A DNA stretch of 64,000 nt, taken from Flavobacteriaceae bacterium CG_4_10_14_3_um_filter_33_47 (lineage in GTDB: Bacteria; Bacteroidota; Bacteroidia; Flavobacteriales; Flavobacteriaceae). Under the pieces are notes generated by a model, which worked only from the letters and a program-made list of their open reading frames with translations, did no database searches and was not told where the DNA came from. Position numbers and translations under genes: made by a program. The stretch lies in the NCBI GenBank assembly GCA_002784145.1, contig PFKE01000065.1, forward strand, positions 2,935 through 66,934. The letters are read 5' to 3'. Of the stretch, positions 50,148-60,002 are shown piece after piece (position 1 is the stretch's first letter; each line of letters starts with the position of its first letter).

Positions 50148-53100
50148 ATGTTAAATAAAATCATAAAATATTTTTTAGAGAATAAGTTAATTACAACGCT
50201 TGTTTTAATCACATTTATTGCTTGGGGTATGTCTACATCACCATTCAATTGGAATACTGGTTTTTTGCCAAAAGATCCTGTGCCTGTTGATGCCATTCCA
50301 GATTTAGGTGAAAACCAACAAATCGTATTTACAGAGTGGTCTGGAAGATCTCCTCAGGATATTGAAGATCAGATCACCTATCCGCTCACAACATCACTTT
50401 TAGGAATACCAAATGTAAAGTCAATTAGAAGCTCCTCCATGTTTGGCTTTTCTAGTATTTACATCATTTTTGAAGAAAAAGTTGATTTCTACTGGTCTCG
50501 ATCTAGGGTTTTAGAAAAGTTAAATTCCTTGCCTAATAATTTATTGCCAGATGAAGTGAAACCTAGATTAGGACCAGATGCAACCGCTTTAGGTCAAGTA
50601 TATTGGTATACTATTGAAGGTCGAGATGAAAAAGGGAATGTTACTGGAGGCTGGGACTTGGATGAATTACGTTCTGTACAGGATTACTATGTAAAATACG
50701 CTTTAAATGGTGTTTCAGGTGTTTCAGAAGTGGCGTCTGTTGGTGGTTATGTGAAAGAGTATCAAATTGATGTGAATCCAGATGCCCTAAAAGCCTATAA
50801 TATTGGCATTGATGTGGTCATGATGGCGGTTAAAAACTCTAATCGAGATATAGGTGCTAAAACCATCGAAATCAATAAAGCGGAATATTTTATTCGCGGA
50901 CTTGGGTATATAAAAACGACCCAAGATTTAGAAAATACGGTAGTAAGTGTTACCAATAACAAACCGATTCTCATTAAGGATGTTGCCCATGTAAGTTTGG
51001 GACCAGCAACCCGAAGAGGGGTTTTGGATAAAGGTGGCGCAGAGGTTGTTGGAGGTGTAGTTGTGGCTCGGTATGGTTCAAATCCTTTAGAAGTTATCAA
51101 TAATGTGAAGGCTAAAATAAAAGAGTTTTCATCGGGATTACCTAAAAAAACCTTGGTTGATGGAACAACAAGTCAACTCACCATTGTTCCTTTTTATGAC
51201 CGTACCAAGCTCATTGAGGAAACCATTAGCACTTTGGAAACGGCTTTGTCACATGAGATACTCATCAGTATTATTGTAGTCCTTGTTCTGATGATGAATT
51301 TAAGAGCTTCATTTATAATTTCCAGTTTATTGCCTGTTGGAGTACTCATGACGTTCATTATTATGCGCTATGCGGGCGTTGATGCCAATGTCGTGGCATT
51401 GTCTGGTATTGCCATTGCCATTGGCGTTATGGTGGATATTGGGATTGTATTTGTCGAAAATATCATTCGGCATTTAGAAATGCCCGAAAACCATGGTGTA
51501 AAGGGTAAAGAATTAATGCATGTTATTTATGTGGCGACCAAGGAAGTCGCATCGGCCATTACAACGGCTTTGGCAACAACAGTCGTAAGTTTTATTCCTG
51601 TTTTCGCCATGGTAGGAGCCGAGGGAAAATTATTCAGACCACTTGCGTTTACAAAAACATTTGCCTTATTGGGAGCTTTCGTTTTAGGCATTGTTGTATT
51701 GCCAGCTTTAGCACATTTTGTTTTCGGTATCAATTACGATAAAAGGAAGGTTAAAAGAACTTGGGGTATTATATTAATTGTTGGTGGATTACTATTGGCA
51801 ATTTATATGCACATTTGGCTACCATTGGTATTATGTGTTTTAGGTTTCAATTCACTGTTTGAACATAAACTGCCACTTAAATTCAACAAGTATTCCAAGT
51901 ACATTAATATAGGGTTGACCTTATTTATTGCTACATTTTTCTTGACTGAAGAATGGATGCCATTAGGATCACAAAATTACCTCATTGTAAATTATGTATT
52001 TGTACTGGTATTAATTGGGGTCATTTTAGGAATGCTGTTAACCATTGTCCATTTTTATGAACCCGTTTTAAAATGGTGTTTGAATAATAAAGGCAAGTTC
52101 ACGTTGATTCCGCTTTTCACCTTGTTGTTTGGCGTTTTCATTTGGCTGGGGTTTGATAGTATTTTCGGATTTGCTTCCAAAGGGTTTGAAAAAATGGGAT
52201 GGAATATTAAGGAAACAAAGGTCTGGTCCTCAATTTCCAAAACATTTCCAGGTATTGGATCCGAGTTTATGCCAACCCTAAATGAAGGATCATTTCTGTT
52301 AATGCCTTCCGCCATGCCTCATGCGGGATTGGAAGAAAGCAAAAACACGGTCCAGAAATTGGATATGCTGTTGGCGAATTTTCCAGAGGTTGACATTGCT
52401 GTTGGTAAGTTGGGAAGGGTGGAAAGTGCCATTGATCCTGCGCCTATTTCCATGTTTGAAAACATTATCAATTACAAACCGGAATTTATAGAAACCTATA
52501 ATGGAAAACCTATTCGTTTTAAAGTAAATAAAGAGGATAAGTTCATTCTTAAAAACGGAAAAGAGTTAACAAACGATGAAGCATTACTTCAAAGTATCAC
52601 TGAAAAAGATCTAGTTCCTGATGATAATGGTGAATTTTTTAGAAACTGGCGTCCCCACATAAAAAGCTCTGATGATATTTGGAAAGAAATAGTCAAGGTT
52701 TCAAAACTACCTGGAGTAACTTCAGCACCAAAACTGCAACCTATTGAAACACGATTGGTCATGCTGCAAACTGGTATGCGCGCGCCCATGGGAATTAAGG
52801 TGTATGGTCCCGATTTAAAAACCATTCAAGATTTTGGTTTGGAGTTGGAAGGGATATTAAAACAAGTTCCTTCCGTTAAAGCCGAAGCTGTTTTTGCCGA
52901 TAGAATTGTAGGGAAACCCTATTTACAAATAAATATTAACCGTTCTGCCACTGCCCGTTACGGTTTAAGTGTAGAAAAGGTTCAGCAAGTTATAGAAACT
53001 GCTGTAGGCGGCATGAAAACCACAACTACGGTTGAAGGCAGGGAGCGTTATCCTGTTAGGGTAAGATATCCTAGAGAATTACGTGACGATCCAGAGAAAA

Positions 53101-53960
53101 TCAAAAAAATATTGGTGCCAACTCCAACAGGTGTTCAGGTGCCTTTGGGCGAACTGGTTGATCTTGAATTTGTTCGTGGCCCTCAAATGATAAAGAGCGA
53201 AGAAACCTTTTTGGTGGGTTATGTTCTGTTCGATAAAAAAGAAAACTTCGCTGAAGTTGATGTGGTCAACGATGCCCAAAAGTTGATTGAAGATAAGATT
53301 GATGCAGGAGAATTGTTAGTTCCAAAAGGCGTGAGCTATAAATTTTCTGGTAGTTATGAAAATCAAATTCGTGCCGTTAAAAAATTATCAATTGTTATCC
53401 CAATAAGTTTATTGGTGATATTCCTGCTATTGTACTTTCAGTTTAAAACGGTCATTGCGTCATCCATCCATTTTTCAGGTGTATTTGTGGCTTTTGCTGG
53501 TGGATTTATTATGTTATGGCTGTATGGTCAGGATTGGTTTTTGAATTTCTCCATAGCCGATGTGAATATGCGGCATTTATTTCAGATTCATCCCATCAAT
53601 TTAAGCGTTGCCGTTTGGGTCGGGTTTATCGCCTTGTTCGGAATAGCAACGGATGATGGCGTTATTATGGGGACTTACATCCATCAAGTTTTTGAAGAGC
53701 GACAACCTGAAACAATAGTAGGCGTGAGAGAAGCCGTTTTAGTTGCTGGTAAAAAACGGGTGAGACCCGCAATGATGACCGCAGCAGTGGCCATCATCGC
53801 TTTACTTCCCGTGCTGACCTCAACAGGTAAAGGCGCAGATATTATGATACCCATGGCCATACCTGTATTTGGAGGGATGATTATTCAGCTTATGACCATG
53901 TTTGTCGTGCCCGTTTTACAGGCTTTTTGGAGAGAATCAGTAATTAAACGCAATCCATAA
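50148..53960 (+). CDS. cusA: CusA/CzcA-family heavy-metal RND efflux permease
   Basis: VPVDAIPDLGENQQIV, GPDATALGQ, GIAIAIGVMVD, RVRPAMMT. Confidence 0.93.
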   Translation: MLNKIIKYFLENKLITTLVLITFIAWGMSTSPFNWNTGFLPKDPVPVDAIPDLGENQQIVFTEWSGRSPQDIEDQITYPLTTSLLGIPNVKSIRSSSMFGFSSIYIIFEEKVDFYWSRSRVLEKLNSLPNNLLPDEVKPRLGPDATALGQVYWYTIEGRDEKGNVTGGWDLDELRSVQDYYVKYALNGVSGVSEVASVGGYVKEYQIDVNPDALKAYNIGIDVVMMAVKNSNRDIGAKTIEINKAEYFIRGLGYIKTTQDLENTVVSVTNNKPILIKDVAHVSLGPATRRGVLDKGGAEVVGGVVVARYGSNPLEVINNVKAKIKEFSSGLPKKTLVDGTTSQLTIVPFYDRTKLIEETISTLETALSHEILISIIVVLVLMMNLRASFIISSLLPVGVLMTFIIMRYAGVDANVVALSGIAIAIGVMVDIGIVFVENIIRHLEMPENHGVKGKELMHVIYVATKEVASAITTALATTVVSFIPVFAMVGAEGKLFRPLAFTKTFALLGAFVLGIVVLPALAHFVFGINYDKRKVKRTWGIILIVGGLLLAIYMHIWLPLVLCVLGFNSLFEHKLPLKFNKYSKYINIGLTLFIATFFLTEEWMPLGSQNYLIVNYVFVLVLIGVILGMLLTIVHFYEPVLKWCLNNKGKFTLIPLFTLLFGVFIWLGFDSIFGFASKGFEKMGWNIKETKVWSSISKTFPGIGSEFMPTLNEGSFLLMPSAMPHAGLEESKNTVQKLDMLLANFPEVDIAVGKLGRVESAIDPAPISMFENIINYKPEFIETYNGKPIRFKVNKEDKFILKNGKELTNDEALLQSITEKDLVPDDNGEFFRNWRPHIKSSDDIWKEIVKVSKLPGVTSAPKLQPIETRLVMLQTGMRAPMGIKVYGPDLKTIQDFGLELEGILKQVPSVKAEAVFADRIVGKPYLQININRSATARYGLSVEKVQQVIETAVGGMKTTTTVEGRERYPVRVRYPRELRDDPEKIKKILVPTPTGVQVPLGELVDLEFVRGPQMIKSEETFLVGYVLFDKKENFAEVDVVNDAQKLIEDKIDAGELLVPKGVSYKFSGSYENQIRAVKKLSIVIPISLLVIFLLLYFQFKTVIASSIHFSGVFVAFAGGFIMLWLYGQDWFLNFSIADVNMRHLFQIHPINLSVAVWVGFIALFGIATDDGVIMGTYIHQVFEERQPETIVGVREAVLVAGKKRVRPAMMTAAVAIIALLPVLTSTGKGADIMIPMAIPVFGGMIIQLMTMFVVPVLQAFWRESVIKRNP

Positions 53961-55216
53961 TGAAGACTATAAAAAAACATAAGATATTGAACATAAGTTA
54001 TTTAATTCTTGTAGTAATGTTATATTCCACAAGCATGAATAGTCAAGTATTACCTGAATATTTAACGATGGCATCTCAAAATAACCCTGAGATACAAGCC
54101 GCTTACAAAGAATTTGAAGCTGCTTTACAAAAAGCACCACAAGTAAGTTCGTTACCAGACCCAAGTTTGACCATGAGTGCTTTTGGACGAATGATTGAAA
54201 CTAGGGTAGGAGCCCAAGAAGCCCGATTTAGTCTGATGCAAATGTTTCCTTGGTTTGGAACTCTTGAAGCAAAAGAGCAAGCTGCTAATTTGATGGCTGA
54301 AGCTACTTTTCAAAAGTATTTGGATTCTAGAAATGAAGTTTTTTTAAAAATTAAAAAAACGTATGCTGAACTCTATGAAATCAATACAATAATTCAGCTT
54401 GAAGAGGAAAATCTTAAAATCTTGAATAACTATAGAGAACTGGCCTTGAGTAAATTCAAAAGTGGTAAAGGAGCCATGGTTGACGTGGTGAGGATCGATA
54501 TAAAAAGAAACGAAAGCGAAACCAAAATTCAATTATTGAAAGATCAAAACCAACCACTACAAATTGAATTTAATAGTTTGTTGAATAGGGATTTGAATGA
54601 AATGGTTACTATTCCGGATTCCTTAGCACTGGTTGAAAATGATGTGCCCTTAGAAAGAGATAGTTTATTTGTTTTCAACCCTAAATTAAAGGGATTGGAA
54701 AAAAAGATAGCATCTTTTGAAGCACAAAAAAAAGTGGTCAAAAAAGAAGGGTATCCCATGATAGGACTTGGTTTGGATTATTCCATCATTTCAAAACGTG
54801 ATGTCCCTGATTTGGAAATGAACGGACAAGATGCCATTATGCCCATGCTTTCGGTGACACTGCCCATTTTCAGAAAAAAATACCATGCAAAACAAAAAGA
54901 AGTCGACTTCATGTTACAGGCAACTCATTATGAAAAACAAGCGGTAAAAAACAATTTGCAAACGTCGTATAGTATGGCCAATTATAATATTTCGAAAGCT
55001 AAAACTTTAAAAGAATTGTATAAAAAGCAAACTGAAAGTACAAAACAAGCTATTTCGTTATTAATAGCGGCTTATAGCAATTCAGGAACTGATTTTGAGG
55101 AAATTTTAAGGATGAACCAAGATTTGTTAGTGCTTCAAACCGTAATGGTTTCAGCAAATAAAAATCAATTTATTGCACAATCAACACGAGATTATTTAAT
55201 TTCTAAACAGGAATAA
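53960..55216 (+). CDS. TolC-family outer membrane efflux protein
   Basis: Signal peptide, NPEIQA, SLPDP, QMFPWFG, LPIFRKKY; translationally coupled to cusA. Confidence 0.92.
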   Translation: MKTIKKHKILNISYLILVVMLYSTSMNSQVLPEYLTMASQNNPEIQAAYKEFEAALQKAPQVSSLPDPSLTMSAFGRMIETRVGAQEARFSLMQMFPWFGTLEAKEQAANLMAEATFQKYLDSRNEVFLKIKKTYAELYEINTIIQLEEENLKILNNYRELALSKFKSGKGAMVDVVRIDIKRNESETKIQLLKDQNQPLQIEFNSLLNRDLNEMVTIPDSLALVENDVPLERDSLFVFNPKLKGLEKKIASFEAQKKVVKKEGYPMIGLGLDYSIISKRDVPDLEMNGQDAIMPMLSVTLPIFRKKYHAKQKEVDFMLQATHYEKQAVKNNLQTSYSMANYNISKAKTLKELYKKQTESTKQAISLLIAAYSNSGTDFEEILRMNQDLLVLQTVMVSANKNQFIAQSTRDYLISKQE

Positions 55217-55217
55217 G

Positions 55218-57008
55218 ATGAACACAAAAAATAAAAATATATTAAAAAAGGTAGGTATCCTATTTGTTGGGGTTCTACTAGGATGGTTGGTTTTTGGAGG
55301 AAGTGATGCTCCAAAATCAGAACATGATCATACAAGTGTCGAAGGCACGGAAACCATTTGGACCTGTTCCATGCATCCGCAAATACAGATGAAAGAATCT
55401 GGTCAATGCCCATTATGTGGTATGGATTTAATTCCTTTGGAATCGAATGATTCTGCCATAGATCCCAATGCACTTCAGATGACCGAGGATGCCATGAAAT
55501 TGGCCAATATTCAAACGATGGTCGTAGGAGGTAGTAAGGAAACCAACAAAAAGTTGGCTTTGAATGGTAAAGTGCAAATTGATGAGCGTAAACTATACAC
55601 ACAATCATCTCATATTCCGGGTAGAATTGAAAAGTTGAATATTAATTTTACTGGTGAAAAAGTAAGTCGTGGGCAAACATTGGCGATGGTCTATTCTCCT
55701 GAATTGGTGACAGCCCAAGAAGAATTGCTGCAAGCGTATCGCATCAAAGAGACGCAACCAGAATTATTTGAAGCTGCTAAACAAAAACTAAATAATTGGA
55801 AAATAGGCGCGGGCACAATAAATAAAATAATAAGTAGCAATAAGCCCATTCAGCAATTTCCAATTACTGCAGATGTTTCAGGTATTATCACTGCTAAAAA
55901 AGTTGATTTAGGTGATTATGTTGGCCAAGGCATGCCCATCTATGAGATAGCTGATTTATCATCACTATGGGTGCTTTTTGATGTGTATGAAAGCGATATG
56001 CCTTGGGTAAAAGTAGGTAACAAAATAAACTATACCATCCAATCGTTGCCAGGAGAATCCTTTGAAGGAGTTGTTACCTTTATAGATCCTCTGATAAACC
56101 CACAAACGCGGGTCGCATCGGCACGAGTTGAGGTGAAAAATCCTGAAAATAAACTAAAACCTGAAATGTTTGCTTCCGGTGTTGTAAATAATAACGTTAG
56201 TACTTCAACGTCTAAAGACATCGTGATTCCAAAATCGGCAGTGATGTGGACTGGTGAACGTTCGGTTGTTTACATCAAAAGCATCGTTTCCAATAAGGTA
56301 AACTTCAAATTAAGAGAAGTCACATTGGGTGCATCCGTTGGAGATGCTTATATCATAAAAGAAGGGCTTTCAGAAGGAGAAGACATTGTAGTTAATGGCA
56401 CTTTTACGGTCGATGCAGCTTCACAATTAGCAGGTAAACCAAGTATGATGAGTCTAGAAGGAGGGAAAATAGTAACCGGGCATAATCATGGCGACGAAAC
56501 TAAACCGACTTCAAATAAAATTGAATTTACTCAAAATATCACTGTTAAACAGGTTGTAATAAGTCAAGAAGCCAAAGAGGCTCTTAGGCTTGTATTTAAT
56601 AACTATTTGGCAATGAAAGACGCGCTTGTTAACGACAATTTTGAAATTGCAAAAAAAGCTGGAATTCATCTACTTAAATCTGTTGAAAGCATAGATATGT
56701 CCCTTTTTACTGGTAAATCGCATAACACTTGGACGCACTTAAGTGGCAATTTAAAAAAGGAACTTCAAAATATTCAGCATTTTAAAACATTAAGCGATAT
56801 TAGAAAGCCTTTTAATCAAATATCAAATGACTTGATTAAGATGGAATTATCCTTTAATTCGATGGATGAAACATTATATGTTTTCCATTGCCCTATGGCA
56901 AACCTTAATAAAGGAGCCGATTGGTTAAGTGTTTCTACTGATGTAAAAAATCCATATTACGGAAAAGCAATGCTTACTTGTGGTGAAGTTTCAAAAGAAA
57001 TAAAATAA
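55218..57008 (+). CDS. cusB: CusB-like RND periplasmic adaptor with metal-binding and DUF3347-like domains
   Basis: WTCSMHPQI...CPLCGMDL, YSPELVTAQEE, LKPEMF, C-terminal HCPMA...NPYYG..MLTCG. Confidence 0.88.
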   Translation: MNTKNKNILKKVGILFVGVLLGWLVFGGSDAPKSEHDHTSVEGTETIWTCSMHPQIQMKESGQCPLCGMDLIPLESNDSAIDPNALQMTEDAMKLANIQTMVVGGSKETNKKLALNGKVQIDERKLYTQSSHIPGRIEKLNINFTGEKVSRGQTLAMVYSPELVTAQEELLQAYRIKETQPELFEAAKQKLNNWKIGAGTINKIISSNKPIQQFPITADVSGIITAKKVDLGDYVGQGMPIYEIADLSSLWVLFDVYESDMPWVKVGNKINYTIQSLPGESFEGVVTFIDPLINPQTRVASARVEVKNPENKLKPEMFASGVVNNNVSTSTSKDIVIPKSAVMWTGERSVVYIKSIVSNKVNFKLREVTLGASVGDAYIIKEGLSEGEDIVVNGTFTVDAASQLAGKPSMMSLEGGKIVTGHNHGDETKPTSNKIEFTQNITVKQVVISQEAKEALRLVFNNYLAMKDALVNDNFEIAKKAGIHLLKSVESIDMSLFTGKSHNTWTHLSGNLKKELQNIQHFKTLSDIRKPFNQISNDLIKMELSFNSMDETLYVFHCPMANLNKGADWLSVSTDVKNPYYGKAMLTCGEVSKEIK

Positions 57009-57048
57009 CAAAAAAACAATAATTAATAACCCATAAAACAATTAAAAA

Positions 57049-57453
57049 ATGAAAAATTTAAAAGTAATAACCGTAATTTTAACAATGTTTTTCATTGGTT
57101 TATTTGCAATATCTTGCAAAGATAATGCTAAAAAAGAAAACAAATCTATAACGACTAAAACCGTTCAAAATGTAACGTCCATTAGTTTTGGAGTACGCGG
57201 TAATTGCGGTATGTGCAAAAACACTATTGAAAAAGCAACGAACACCGTTGACGGCGTCACTAAAGCAGTTTGGGATGTTGATAAAAAGAAATTGGATGTA
57301 TCCTTTGATAGCACAAAAACAAATGAAATGGCTATCCATCAGGCTATTGCTGCTTCAGGGTACGATACAGAAAAAGTAGCTGCTAATATCCAAGCTTATA
57401 GCGGTTTGCCAGATTGTTGCCAATACGACCATGAAATGGTGATGAATCTATAA
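57049..57453 (+). CDS. lipoprotein with heavy-metal-associated (HMA) domain
   Basis: Lipobox ISC; GNCGMC; GYDT; LPDCCQY. Confidence 0.87.
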   Translation: MKNLKVITVILTMFFIGLFAISCKDNAKKENKSITTKTVQNVTSISFGVRGNCGMCKNTIEKATNTVDGVTKAVWDVDKKKLDVSFDSTKTNEMAIHQAIAASGYDTEKVAANIQAYSGLPDCCQYDHEMVMNL

Positions 57454-57481
57454 GTTAATACAATAAATTAAAAATAAGGGC

Positions 57482-59878
57482 ATGAAACATACTTATCATA
57501 TTCACGGAATGAGTTGTAATGGTTGTCGCAGCCATGTTGAAAAAACCCTTTTAAAAGTAAATGGTGTTTCAAATGCTTTTGTAGATTTAGAAAAAGCTGA
57601 AGCGACTTTAGAAATGACATCGCATATTCCAATTGAAACATTTCAAGAAGCTTTTAAAAGTGATGGAGGACGCTATAGTATTTTTAACCATGGAGAACAT
57701 CACCACACAGACAAAAAAGAAGAAAAACCAAAAGGCAAAGGCACTGGAACTTTTTATTGCCCCATGCATTGCGAAGGTGAAAAAACCTATGATAAACCAG
57801 GAGATTGCCCTGTGTGCGGCATGGATTTAGTTGAAGAGGTTTCGTCTAATACAGAGATTTCATCTGAAGATAAGGGTTATAAAAAGTTACTTAGTAAGTT
57901 TTGGATAAGCCTTGCATGTACCTTGCCAATTTTTATAATAGCCATGTCTGAAATGATTCCTAATAATCCATTATATGAAATAATGCCTATAAAATATTGG
58001 AACTGGATTCAATTTGGCTTATCCATTCCAGTAGTATTTTATGCCACATGGATGTTTTTTGAACGTGCCTATCGTTCTATAAAAACATGGCGGTTAAATA
58101 TGTTTACCTTAATAGGAATTGGCGCCGGTGTTGCGTGGCTTTTTAGTGTTTTTGGCATGTTGTTTCCAGATTTTTTTCCATCGCAATTTAAAACTGAACA
58201 GCAAACGGTTCATTTATATTTTGAAGCAGCCACTGTTATTTTAACCTTGGTCTTAATGGGACAAGTCTTAGAAGCTCGTGCACACAGTAAAACCAATAGT
58301 GCTGTTAAAGAATTGTTACGATTAGCTCCAAATCAAGCTGTTAGAATAGTTGACGGAAAAGAAGAAATTACCGCTATTGAAAATATAGTAGTAGGTGATT
58401 TATTACGTGTAAAACCAGGCGATAAAATTCCGGTTGATGGTTCTGTTTATGAAGGAGAAAGTTCTGTTGATGAATCTATGATTACTGGTGAGCCTATGCC
58501 TGTACATAAATCTGTTCATGATCAAGTAAGTTCTGGAACCATCAATGGCAATCAATCGTTTGTTATGAAAGCCGAAAAAGTTGGCAATGATACCTTGCTG
58601 TCTCAAATTATTGATATGGTAAATAAAGCGAGTAGGAGTCAAGCACCTATTCAGAAATTAGCGGATAAAATCTCAGGATATTTTGTGCCTATTGTGGTGT
58701 TTATTTCAGTCATTACGTTTATTATTTGGGTAATATTTGGTCCAGAACCTAAGTATGTATTTGCATTGGTAAATGCTATTGCAGTTCTTATTATTGCCTG
58801 TCCATGTGCCTTAGGGTTGGCAACACCTATGTCAGTTATGGTAGGTGTTGGCAAGGGCGCAAAATCGGGCGTTTTAATTAAGAATGCAGAAGCATTAGAA
58901 CGCTTAAATAGTATAGACGTTTTAATAATTGATAAAACAGGTACTATTACCGAAGGAAAACCATCGGTTGATAAAATTGGCGTTCAATTGTCAAAATATA
59001 CTGAAAAAGAGGTGCTTCAATATATGGTTTCTTTGAATCAAATGAGTGAACATCCTTTGGCAGAAGCCACTATGAAATACGGCAAAGAACAGAACGTTGA
59101 ACCTTTAAAAGTAACTGGTTTTAATTCTATCACCGGTAAAGGTGTTGTCGGTACTATTAATGGTAAGAAAACAGCTTTGGGTAATGGAAAGTTAATGCAA
59201 GAAATGACTGCCATCATCCCTGATGAACTAATAAATGATGTTAAAGTACAGCAAACATTAGGAAAAACAGTCTCCTTTTTATCTGTTGATTCTATGGTAA
59301 TTGGTTATATGGTGATTCAAGATAAGATAAAAGCATCCAGTAAAAAGGCTATTGCAGAATTACAATCAAAAGGCATAGAAGTTATCATGCTTACTGGCGA
59401 TAACATTAATACAGCCAAAGCTGTTGCAGAACTATTAAATCTTACAAATTTTAAAGCAGGTCTATTACCTCAGGAAAAATTAAGTGAAGTGGAAAATCTT
59501 CAAAAACTGGGCAAAAAAGTTGCGGTTGCAGGTGATGGTATCAATGATTCACCAGCTTTGGCAAAAAGCAATGTTGGCATTGCTATGGGAACCGGAACTG
59601 ATGTGGCTATTGAAAGTGCTGGAATAACCTTGGTAAAAGGTGATTTGCAAGGTATTGTTAAGGCGCATAATTTGAGTCAGGAAGTGATGCGTAACATAAA
59701 ACAAAACTTGTTTTTTGCGCTCGTTTACAATAGTGTTGGTGTTCCTATTGCTGCGGGTGTTTTATTTCCGTTTTTTGGAATCTTATTATCACCTATGATT
59801 GCTGCTTTGGCTATGAGTTTTAGTTCTGTTTCTGTGATTGCCAATGCCTTACGGTTGCGTCATTTAAATCTTGATTAA
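57482..59878 (+). CDS. copA: Cu(I)-exporting P1B ATPase
   Basis: GMSCNGC HMA, YCPMH...[26 protein letters not shown] and MSFSS TM motifs. Confidence 0.94.
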   Translation: MKHTYHIHGMSCNGCRSHVEKTLLKVNGVSNAFVDLEKAEATLEMTSHIPIETFQEAFKSDGGRYSIFNHGEHHHTDKKEEKPKGKGTGTFYCPMHCEGEKTYDKPGDCPVCGMDLVEEVSSNTEISSEDKGYKKLLSKFWISLACTLPIFIIAMSEMIPNNPLYEIMPIKYWNWIQFGLSIPVVFYATWMFFERAYRSIKTWRLNMFTLIGIGAGVAWLFSVFGMLFPDFFPSQFKTEQQTVHLYFEAATVILTLVLMGQVLEARAHSKTNSAVKELLRLAPNQAVRIVDGKEEITAIENIVVGDLLRVKPGDKIPVDGSVYEGESSVDESMITGEPMPVHKSVHDQVSSGTINGNQSFVMKAEKVGNDTLLSQIIDMVNKASRSQAPIQKLADKISGYFVPIVVFISVITFIIWVIFGPEPKYVFALVNAIAVLIIACPCALGLATPMSVMVGVGKGAKSGVLIKNAEALERLNSIDVLIIDKTGTITEGKPSVDKIGVQLSKYTEKEVLQYMVSLNQMSEHPLAEATMKYGKEQNVEPLKVTGFNSITGKGVVGTINGKKTALGNGKLMQEMTAIIPDELINDVKVQQTLGKTVSFLSVDSMVIGYMVIQDKIKASSKKAIAELQSKGIEVIMLTGDNINTAKAVAELLNLTNFKAGLLPQEKLSEVENLQKLGKKVAVAGDGINDSPALAKSNVGIAMGTGTDVAIESAGITLVKGDLQGIVKAHNLSQEVMRNIKQNLFFALVYNSVGVPIAAGVLFPFFGILLSPMIAALAMSFSSVSVIANALRLRHLNLD

Positions 59879-60002
59879 TGCACAGATTTTTTATGTTAAA
59901 CAAGCCTAAAAAAAGCATCAAAATGAAAATAAAATATTAAATTGAAACGTTTTTTATAAACATGTTAATAAATTAGAATTCATTTAATAAAAACCCAATC
60001 AT

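Noticed and set aside
874-58854. Many 60-140 aa ORFs in the track that overlap long genes on the opposite strand or in another frame (e.g. 874-1059, 10069-10353, 17719-18069, 34228-34569, 55192-55608)
   Set aside because: They are shadows of well-supported genes, with no motifs or independent start signals.
49558-60002. Metal efflux cluster as a mobile island
   Set aside because: No integrase, transposase, tRNA or flanking direct repeat was visible, so mobility cannot be claimed from this sequence.
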